This document shows positions 1 to 6,589 of a stretch of DNA of 15,315 nt, in pieces. Below the pieces are notes generated by a model, which had not been told where the DNA came from, searched no databases, and saw only the letters and a list, made by a program, of their open reading frames with translations. The position numbers and the translations under genes were made by a program. The stretch lies in assembly GCA_964586355.1 (NCBI GenBank), contig CAZPGO010000017.1, positions 1 to 15,315 on the forward strand. Direction: 5' to 3'. This DNA comes from an uncultured archaeon (GTDB taxonomy: Archaea; Iainarchaeota; Iainarchaeia; Iainarchaeales; CSSED10-239). The first letter of the stretch is position 1. The number at the start of each line of letters is the position of its first letter.

Positions 1-398
1 ATATTATGGTTAAAACTACTAAAATAGTCGCTTAGAAAGTTTAAAAAAACAAAGTCGTCAAAGTTGTTTTTACACAATTTGTATAATTCAAATAAAAAAT
101 AATCATACTTTACAAGATATATGGTATCTCCATAATAATTTAAATACAAATTATTATTATTTAAAAGAATGCTTAAGTCAGATATTTGGCGACCTTTTGA
201 TGAAAAATATAAATAATATTTATATTGTTTTTTGTAACCATTTAAATATATAAAACAATCATATAAATTTATTTTTTTATTTAAATTAATACAAAAATCA
301 TCATATTTTTTGTCCGTGAATATAAAATCAATATTTTTATTTATTAAATTTTTATAATCCAAGTAATTATTAGCAAAACTAAAAACACAATTACACAT
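1..398 (-). CDS. hypothetical protein, 3' end cut by the window edge (absent from the supplied ORF track)
   Basis: Hand translation. The minus-strand frame whose plus-strand triplets begin at positions divisible by 3 has no stop (no tta/cta/tca) from 443 down to position 3. The ATG is the complement of 396-398 and overlaps the stop of the upstream nuclease gene by 8 nt (ATGTGTAA). The product starts MCNCVFSFANNYLDYKNLINKNIDFIFTDKKYDDF. No recognisable motif, and no Walker A in the 132 visible residues. Confidence 0.5.
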   Translation of the reverse strand, partial: MCNCVFSFANNYLDYKNLINKNIDFIFTDKKYDDFCINLNKKINLYDCFIYLNGYKKQYKYYLYFSSKGRQISDLSILLNNNNLYLNYYGDTIYLVKYDYFLFELYKLCKNNFDDFVFLNFLSDYFSSFNHN

Positions 399-1467
399 TT
401 TGTTTACAAATTTTTTCTCCTATTTTTTTAAGATAATCTTTATCTAGACTGGTACTGCTTTCATTAACATATTTAGAAATTATATCAGATTCATTCAAAG
501 AAGTAAAAACAACTTTGTTGTCTTGAATCGATTTTTCTTTTAAGCTTTGTTTTATTTTTAAATCCAAAACTTTATTTTTATTAAAAACTTCTTTTTTAAC
601 ATCAATTATATCTGTATTAGAAGCATCTTCTATTAATATTTGAACAAAATTTCCATCTAAATCATATTTATTTATTGTGTTTTCATTACATATAATATGT
701 TTTGGACTAAAATCATTCTCAAAATACTTTTTACTACCAGAAATTGAATCAAAAAGTATTATGTGTTTTTTTTCAAAAGATTCTCCAAAACTAAGCTGTA
801 AAGGGCTACCTATATACTCAATATTTTTACCTACCTTTTGCTCTGCATGAAAATGTCCCAAAAACACGTATTTGTATTTAGAAAAAATATTTGAATCCAC
901 GCTAACAATTTCTCCTTCATGTTCCACTATTATATCGCTACTATAATGATTTCTATGCATTTTTGCATCATTTATAGCTATGTGTCCCAGCATATACTCT
1001 GGCTCTAAATCACTTTTAATACTCGATAGAGAAACAGGTGGATTTAAGGTAAATGGTAAAAAATCCCAATTTGTATCATCTATTTTAAGCCTACATGGTT
1101 TGTCTACAACATTAACTCCTTTTATTAAACTCAAAGGAACAACACTACTTATGGAGGTATCATCCGAATACCAAAGATCATGGTTGCCCAACAACAAATA
1201 CAAATTGTATTCATTGTGTTGCATCTCTTTTTTTAAAGTCTCAAAAGTTCTTTGGTATGTGTATATGTCTATTTTATATCTATCGTGAAAGAAATCACCA
1301 CCAAAAAGAATGTTTTTTACATTATTTTTTTTAGCAATCTTAAAAACCCAAGGTATTATATTTAAGCAATCTTCCAATCTGTCATTACTTTTTTTATGCG
1401 GATGTATATGCAAATCACTAAAAATTAAGAACTTTGACATGTTTAATATTCTATAAAAATAAAACAT
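391..1467 (-). CDS. Mre11/SbcD-type calcineurin-like metallophosphoesterase (DNA repair/recombination nuclease)
   Basis: All five phosphoesterase motifs occur in order: FSDLHIH (DxH), GGDFFHD (GDxxH/D), LGNHDLW (GNHD), LGHIAIND (H), LGHFHAEQ (GHxH). The start is ambiguous. ATG 1467 lies 4 nt after the upstream stop. ATG 1440 (MSKFLIFSDLH) gives the canonical spacing of motif I from the N-terminus. Confidence 0.85.
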   Translation of the reverse strand: MFYFYRILNMSKFLIFSDLHIHPHKKSNDRLEDCLNIIPWVFKIAKKNNVKNILFGGDFFHDRYKIDIYTYQRTFETLKKEMQHNEYNLYLLLGNHDLWYSDDTSISSVVPLSLIKGVNVVDKPCRLKIDDTNWDFLPFTLNPPVSLSSIKSDLEPEYMLGHIAINDAKMHRNHYSSDIIVEHEGEIVSVDSNIFSKYKYVFLGHFHAEQKVGKNIEYIGSPLQLSFGESFEKKHIILFDSISGSKKYFENDFSPKHIICNENTINKYDLDGNFVQILIEDASNTDIIDVKKEVFNKNKVLDLKIKQSLKEKSIQDNKVVFTSLNESDIISKYVNESSTSLDKDYLKKIGEKICKQNV

Positions 1468-1471
1468 TAAA

Positions 1472-1816
1472 TCAATTGGGTTTTTTATTATCTTCTTTTG
1501 ATTTTTTAAACATTTTTTCTAAAACATCCCAAAAATTACTAGCATTTAAATTTAAAGCAGTGGGTTTTTGATCTCCTCCCATGCCTCCGCCAGGAGGCCC
1601 TCCCATATCCCCGCCCAAAGATGGTGCTCCTCCCATGCCGCCCATGCCCATGCCGCCCAAGCCTCCCATGCCGCCCGAATCTAAACCAGCAGGAGCAGAT
1701 GCTCCGGGTGGCATACCCGAAACAGGGTCGGGCATAGAACCTCCGGCAGCAGAAGGGGTCGCAGGTGATTCGTCAGCCTCTCTTAGTTTATATTCAGAAT
1801 AACTCAACATAATCAT
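1472..1816 (-). CDS. Gly/Met/Pro/Ala-rich low-complexity protein (GGM-type repeats) with a basic amphipathic C-terminus
   Basis: 114-aa ORF. Its stop lies 4 nt upstream of the nuclease gene start, so it is in operon register with the minus-strand genes. Core sequence GLDSGGMGGLGGMGMGGMGGAPSLGGDMGGPPGGGMGGD, C-terminus NFWDVLEKMFKKSKEDNKKPN. The mirror plus-strand ORF (1581-1802) has no operon context. Confidence 0.6.
   Translation of the reverse strand: MIMLSYSEYKLREADESPATPSAAGGSMPDPVSGMPPGASAPAGLDSGGMGGLGGMGMGGMGGAPSLGGDMGGPPGGGMGGDQKPTALNLNASNFWDVLEKMFKKSKEDNKKPN
1632..1676. repeat. 9-nt periodic C3 (plus strand) / G3 (minus strand) tract array inside the Gly-rich CDS
   Basis: CCC occurs at 1632, 1641, 1647, 1656, 1665 and 1674, separated by 6, 3, 6, 6 and 6 nt. 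The units are cccatgccg-like and encode G-G-M on the minus strand. Confidence 0.7.
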
Positions 1817-1830
1817 ATATATGTATATGA
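1813..1830. promoter_or_regulatory. 18-bp imperfect AT-rich palindrome at the divergence point of two transcription units
   Basis: TCATATATATGTATATGA is self-complementary at 16 of 18 positions. The arms TCATATA and TATATGA contain the minus-gene start (CAT 1814-1816) and the second in-frame ATG of the plus gene (1827-1829). A regulatory role is inferred only. Confidence 0.25.
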
Positions 1831-2165
1831 TTAGCTATAAAAAATGGAAAATATTATCCGAAGCGGTTTGGAATGGAAAAAAAGATGATATAATCAATTT
1901 TTGGAAAACTTTAAACCCAACAAAAATACAAATTGACCCAATCTTGGCTCAACACAAAGGATCCACATTCACAGAAGATGGAATAAGAATAACAGGCGAA
2001 CCAAAATTCATATACTCTGTAATTTCTCATCTCAAACAATTTTTAGAATTTGAAAACAATCAAACAAAATTAGAAGTTAAGTTTAAAGAAACAGAATCAC
2101 AAAACCAAAAAAAACCAAACAAAAAATCCTATTCTTTTTATATACAAGTTAAAAACAGAAAATAA
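1821..2165 (+). CDS. hypothetical protein (114 aa)
   Basis: First gene of a tightly coupled plus-strand operon. Its TAA overlaps the next ATG by 1 nt (TAATG at 2163-2167). No motif recognised. Its N-terminus resembles that of the divergent neighbour. Confidence 0.65.
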   Translation: MYMISYKKWKILSEAVWNGKKDDIINFWKTLNPTKIQIDPILAQHKGSTFTEDGIRITGEPKFIYSVISHLKQFLEFENNQTKLEVKFKETESQNQKKPNKKSYSFYIQVKNRK

Positions 2166-3235
2166 TGTATATAAGCGACGAACAAAAAGAAGTTATAATA
2201 AATGTTTTAAAAGACATTAAAAATAAACAGGTAATAAGAATAGGCGGCCTGGCTGGTGTAGGTAAAAGCACAATAATAAATATTTTAAGTAAAAAACTCA
2301 AAACGTTTGCAGTATCCGCCTATACAGGAAAGGCTACGAATGTTTTGCGGCAAAAAGGAATAAAACATTCGAGGACCATACATAATGCAATATATAAGCC
2401 AATAGTAGAATTTGATGAAACAATATGGATAAGAATAGAAAAACACGAACTTGGGTACGATGGATTTATAATTGACGAAGCCAGCATGGTTAGCAAAGAA
2501 ATACATGAAGATCTATTAAGCTATGGAAAGCCAATAATATATGTAGGAGACCATGGCCAACTCGAACCAATAGGATCAAGTTTCAACTTAATGCAAAACC
2601 CTGACTATAAGTTGGAAACTATACACAGAAACGCAGGAGAAATAGCACACTTTGCCAATCACTTAAGACTGGGTAAAAATCCGCTAAAATTTCCATCAGA
2701 AAAAAAAGTAAAAATAATAGAAAAAAATTCTATTAGCGATCAAGATTTTTGCAAATGCGATCAAGTAATATGTGCCTTCAATAAAACGAGAATAAAAATA
2801 AATGAACTAATTAGAAAAAATCTAAAATTAGACGACAAAGTAATAAACATAGGAGAAAAAATAATATGTTTAAAAAATAATAGAAACCTAAAACTATTTA
2901 ATGGAATGCAAGGAATAGTTAAAAAAATATACAAAAATGGAAGAATAAATTTTTCTTGTGGAGAAGAAATTTTTGCTAAAATATTAATAGACTATAATCA
3001 ATTTGGAAAAGAAAAAAACGAATTTGATTTTCATGATTATGAAAATCCATTTGATTATGCTTATGCAATAACAGCCCACAAATCTCAAGGAGATAGTTTT
3101 GACACAGTAATAGTACTAGAAGAAGGCTGCGACAAATGGGACAACAAAAGGTGGAATTACACCTCGGCCAGTAGAGCAAAAAAATTACTAATTTGGGGAA
3201 AAACCAAAAATTACATTCCAGGTTACTTAAAATGA
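2165..3235 (+). CDS. SF1 RecD/Dda/Pif1-like ATP-dependent DNA helicase
   Basis: Walker A GLAGVGKST, motif II IIDEASMV, motif III YVGDHGQLEPIG, C-terminal motif AITAHKSQGDSFDTVIV. Confidence 0.85.
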   Translation: MYISDEQKEVIINVLKDIKNKQVIRIGGLAGVGKSTIINILSKKLKTFAVSAYTGKATNVLRQKGIKHSRTIHNAIYKPIVEFDETIWIRIEKHELGYDGFIIDEASMVSKEIHEDLLSYGKPIIYVGDHGQLEPIGSSFNLMQNPDYKLETIHRNAGEIAHFANHLRLGKNPLKFPSEKKVKIIEKNSISDQDFCKCDQVICAFNKTRIKINELIRKNLKLDDKVINIGEKIICLKNNRNLKLFNGMQGIVKKIYKNGRINFSCGEEIFAKILIDYNQFGKEKNEFDFHDYENPFDYAYAITAHKSQGDSFDTVIVLEEGCDKWDNKRWNYTSASRAKKLLIWGKTKNYIPGYLK

Positions 3236-4647
3236 ACAAACTAATATTATGCAATGACTATAGTTATTTAATTACTAAAAATACTGCCATAAAAGACACG
3301 CTGTATAAAGCTTTAAGATTTAGAGAAAAAAATTATTTTCATAACAGAAGATATAAAATGAAATTATGGGATGGTTATATAAACTTTTTTGATATTCAAA
3401 AAGGCAAGTTTTTAACAGGATTATTACCTGAAATAAAAGCTGTTTTAAAGGTTAAAAATATAAGCTACGAAATAGAAGACCAAAGAACAAAAATAGATTT
3501 TCTCTATGAACAAGTAGATAAAAATTTTGGTAAAACTTGGTCAAAAGAAAAAAACATAGATCTTTACGATTATCAAGTGGATTTTATAAACCAAGTAATA
3601 AAACACAAAAGAGGAATAATATTTGCACCAACAAGTAGTGGAAAAAGCGCAACAATGGTTGGAATATTAAAAACAATACCAAAAGAAAAAAAAGTTTTAG
3701 TGTTACAAAACAGGTTAAGTTTGGCAAACCAAAACTACGAAGAGATAAAAGGATGGGGATTTGAAGATGTGGGCAAATTATGGTCGGGAAAACTACATGA
3801 AGGAAAAATATTAGTAGCAAGCGTTCAATCAATAGTAAAAATAGAAAAACAATTATCAGAGATAGAAGTTTTATTGGTTGATGAAATTCATGACATGATG
3901 AGTAAATTGCCCAAGGCGGTTTACAGAAGATTAAAAAAATGTTCAGTAAGAGTAGCGCTAAGTGCAACTCCCTTTAAATTTGGAGAAACAGACAAAGTTC
4001 AAAAATATAATGTCAAAGGATTTTTCGGGCCTGTGTTGAAAACCTCATCAACAGAAACAGGAATATTAACAACACAAGAACTTCAAAACAGAAACATATT
4101 AAGTAAATCTACATGTTTATTTTATTATATTCATGAGCCAAAATTACCATATGATATATATAATGATGCTGTTACTAATGGTGTAGCAGAAAATATTAAA
4201 TTTCACAAAATAGTTAAAAAGTTAAGCTCCAGATGTGAGGGCAGAACACTTATATTAGTAGATAGAATAGCACACGGAGACGCATTACAATCCATGATTA
4301 AAAATAGTATTTGGGTAAGAGGAAAAGACACACTAAAAACAAGAAAGGAAGTTATTACCAAACTACAAAAAAGTGAAGGAGATGTTATCGCCATAGCAAC
4401 ACAGCAAATATTCAACACGGGAGTGAACGTTTTTATTCACAATTTAATAAATGCTGCTGGTGGTCAGGCAGACCACTTAATTATACAAAGAATGGGGAGG
4501 GGTCTTAGAACAGCAAACGACAAAGAAATATTAAACTATTATGACTTTTACTTTAAAAATAATAAATACCTACAGCAGCATAGCGAAAAAAGAATTAAAA
4601 TACTAAAAAAAGAAGGCCATGAAATAAAAATAGAAGAATTCAAATGA
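3232..4647 (+). CDS. SF2 DExH-box DNA helicase (UvsW / T5 D10-like)
   Basis: Motif I FAPTSSGKSA, motif II LLVDEIHDM, motif III LSATP, motif VI QRMGRGLR. The start is placed at ATG 3232, which forms an ATGA overlap with the upstream stop. The track's start at 3193 is a TTG with a 43-nt overlap. Confidence 0.8.
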   Translation: MNKLILCNDYSYLITKNTAIKDTLYKALRFREKNYFHNRRYKMKLWDGYINFFDIQKGKFLTGLLPEIKAVLKVKNISYEIEDQRTKIDFLYEQVDKNFGKTWSKEKNIDLYDYQVDFINQVIKHKRGIIFAPTSSGKSATMVGILKTIPKEKKVLVLQNRLSLANQNYEEIKGWGFEDVGKLWSGKLHEGKILVASVQSIVKIEKQLSEIEVLLVDEIHDMMSKLPKAVYRRLKKCSVRVALSATPFKFGETDKVQKYNVKGFFGPVLKTSSTETGILTTQELQNRNILSKSTCLFYYIHEPKLPYDIYNDAVTNGVAENIKFHKIVKKLSSRCEGRTLILVDRIAHGDALQSMIKNSIWVRGKDTLKTRKEVITKLQKSEGDVIAIATQQIFNTGVNVFIHNLINAAGGQADHLIIQRMGRGLRTANDKEILNYYDFYFKNNKYLQQHSEKRIKILKKEGHEIKIEEFK

Positions 4648-6179
4648 TATTAACACAAGACTTCATTGCTAAAAAATCAAACTATAAAATAAAATTAAAG
4701 TGTGATTATTGCGGAATAGAATTTAGTAGAAGAAAGTCAGATATTTTACGTAGCAAAAAAATAATACTAAAAGATAGTTGCCCAGACAAAGTGTGTATTT
4801 CTTCAAAAAGAAAAGAGTCAAATATTAAAAAATATGGAGTAGACAATCCTACTAAAGACCCAAAAATTAAAAAAAAACAAAATGATACGATGATAAAAAA
4901 TTATGGGGTTAGCGTGCCATCTAGAAATATTGAAATAAAAAATAAAATAGCAGAAACAAATCTAAAAAAATATGGAAATATTTGCTCGCTTCATGGAAAA
5001 AAGCAAAAACAAGCTACAAAAAAAACTTGGAAAAAAAAATATAAAAAAGACCATCCATTTGCTTGTAAAGAAATAAAAGAAAAAATAAAAAATACCATGA
5101 AAGAAAAATATGGAAAACACTACACAAAAACCACAGATTATATAAACAAAACAAAAAAAACTTGTATAGAAAAATATGGAAAAGAACACTTTTCTCAATC
5201 AGAAGAAGTAAAACAAAAAACTAAAAAAACAAACTTAAAAAAATATGGACACGAATATCCTTCTCAAAACGATGAAGTAATTCAAAAAATGTTAGAATCT
5301 TCAAGTAAAAAAACAAAAAGGTATGGAAAAACACAAAAAGAAATTAAAAATTACATTGAAGAAATAGTAAGTAGTGAATTATCAACAAAAATAATTGAAA
5401 GAAAAGAAATAGACATATTTGATCCAAAAACAAAAATAGGAATAGAATATTGTGGGTTGAGATGGCATAATGAAAACTCTCCAGATCCAAGAAACAAAAA
5501 CTATCATTCAGATAAATATAAAATATGCGAATCTAATGGCATAAAGCTAATAACAATATTTGAAGATGAGTGGATCAAAAAACAAAAACAATGTAAAAGC
5601 TATTTAAAATCTATATTTGGAAAATTTGAAAATAGAATTTTTGCTAGAAAATGTATTGTAAAAGAAATAGACAAAAAAACATCCAATAAGTTTTACAGTG
5701 ATTATCACTTATTTGGAAAGCCAAACAACACAAAAGTATCTTTTGGAATATTTTTAAAAGAAAATTTAGTAGGATGTGTCAGCTTAGGATATCACCACAG
5801 AGATCACTCTAAAACAGTAATAAATAGAATATGTTTCATGCCTGACATTCAAATAGTTGGAGGAGCAAGCAAATTATTAAAAACTTGTATTAAATGGTGT
5901 ATTGAAAATAAGTGTAGAAAAATAATAACATGGAGTGATAACAGATGGTCCAATGGAAATATGTATGAAAAAATAGGATTTAAATTAGAAAAAGAGCTAG
6001 GACCGGATTATAGTTATGTAGATAGCAAAACTAAATTTAAAAGAGTATCAAAACAATCAAGAAAAAAAAGCAATACAAATTGTCCTTTAGAAAAAACAGA
6101 AAAACAACACGCAATAGAAGAAGGATTTTATAGAATTTGGGATTGTGGTAAAAAAAGGTGGGTTTTAAACATATCATGA
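4644..6179 (+). CDS. homing-endonuclease-like multidomain protein: Cys-cluster, 23-aa KYG repeats, PD-(D/E)xK-like core, GNAT-like C-terminal domain
   Basis: ATGA overlap with the helicase gene. Putative zinc ribbon CDYCG...CPDKVC. Y-G recurs at residues 64, 87, 110, (133 degenerate), 156, 178, 201 and 227. Then IDIFDP...IGIEYCGLRWH...ITIFEDEW, which looks like a Vsr/DUF559-type nuclease core. Then VGGASKLLK...ITWSDNRWSNGNMYEKIGF, which looks like an acetyltransferase fold. The domain names are my pattern recognition and were not searched. Confidence 0.55.
   Translation: MILTQDFIAKKSNYKIKLKCDYCGIEFSRRKSDILRSKKIILKDSCPDKVCISSKRKESNIKKYGVDNPTKDPKIKKKQNDTMIKNYGVSVPSRNIEIKNKIAETNLKKYGNICSLHGKKQKQATKKTWKKKYKKDHPFACKEIKEKIKNTMKEKYGKHYTKTTDYINKTKKTCIEKYGKEHFSQSEEVKQKTKKTNLKKYGHEYPSQNDEVIQKMLESSSKKTKRYGKTQKEIKNYIEEIVSSELSTKIIERKEIDIFDPKTKIGIEYCGLRWHNENSPDPRNKNYHSDKYKICESNGIKLITIFEDEWIKKQKQCKSYLKSIFGKFENRIFARKCIVKEIDKKTSNKFYSDYHLFGKPNNTKVSFGIFLKENLVGCVSLGYHHRDHSKTVINRICFMPDIQIVGGASKLLKTCIKWCIENKCRKIITWSDNRWSNGNMYEKIGFKLEKELGPDYSYVDSKTKFKRVSKQSRKKSNTNCPLEKTEKQHAIEEGFYRIWDCGKKRWVLNIS
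4821..5327 (+). repeat. tandem 69-nt (23-codon) coding repeats, 7 clear copies plus 1 degenerate
   Basis: AAAAA(A/T)TATGG recurs at a regular spacing. The protein-level unit is K-x-K-x-T-x-x-K-K-Y-G-x-x-x-P-x-Q-x-x-E-hydrophobic. Confidence 0.7.
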
Positions 6180-6234
6180 ATTTATAAATAGCAGCAACAC
6201 ACGGAAGCCCTACTTTTGTTTATCTGAAAGACTA

Positions 6235-6260
6235 CACATTCTAAAACTTCACATTCTAAA
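6235..6260. repeat. exact 11-bp direct repeat CACATTCTAAA x2 (15-bp period) in the convergent intergenic region
   Basis: Copies at 6235-6245 and 6250-6260, with the spacer ACTT. The second copy contains the TAG stop (complement of 6256-6258) of the minus-strand gene. Confidence 0.7.
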
Positions 6261-6519
6261 GAGTGGCGGCCCTAACAAGATCTCCTACTGTACCACTATT
6301 TTCCTCTTTGCTTAATATATTTTCTATTTTTTCTCTTGCTCTCTCAGTAATATCAGCATAAAAGCTTGTATCCTTTAATTTGTTTAATAAGCTTTCTTTA
6401 TCAAATCCATCCAAATCTTGACTCAAGCCTTTTTCTTTATCTAATTCTAAATAACTTATTATAAAATCTTTTGCTTTATCGTATTTTTTTTCTTCTAACC
6501 ACAAGCTATATTTTTTCAT
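6256..6519 (-). CDS. hypothetical small acidic protein (87 aa)
   Basis: ORF with an ATG start, divergent from 6555. No motif recognised. N-terminal leader MKKYSLWLEEKKY. Confidence 0.6.
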   Translation of the reverse strand: MKKYSLWLEEKKYDKAKDFIISYLELDKEKGLSQDLDGFDKESLLNKLKDTSFYADITERAREKIENILSKEENSGTVGDLVRAATL

Positions 6520-6589
6520 AATAACTTATTTATACACCAAACATATATAAAATTATGGAAATTAAATTCAATGAATGGTTTGAAGAAAA
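6488..6589. repeat. 14-nt inverted repeat (13/14) spanning a divergent gene pair
   Basis: The complement of 6488-6501 is TGGTTAGAAGAAAA, and 6576-6589 is TGGTTTGAAGAAAA. Each arm encodes W-(L/F)-E-E-K near the N-terminus of its gene. Confidence 0.6.

Noticed and set aside
1581-1802. Plus-strand 73-aa Pro-rich ORF mirroring the Gly-rich gene
   Set aside because: It is the reverse-complement shadow of GGN-rich codons (CCN). It has no operon context on the plus strand, where the first plus gene starts at 1821. The minus-strand ORF ends 4 nt from the next minus gene. The choice of strand still deserves experimental confirmation.
3193-3231. Longer N-terminal extensions proposed by the ORF track (TTG 3193 for the SF2 helicase, GTG 7344 for the thioredoxin-like gene)
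   Set aside because: In-frame ATGs at 3232 (ATGA overlap with the upstream stop) and 7353 (preceded by a G-rich Shine-Dalgarno-like element) fit the coupling pattern seen throughout the window better than the rare-codon starts.
6180-6255. 76-nt non-coding gap of tRNA-like length
   Set aside because: I could find no acceptor-stem complementarity or T-loop (GTTCRANYC-like) box by eye. A tRNAscan run would settle it.
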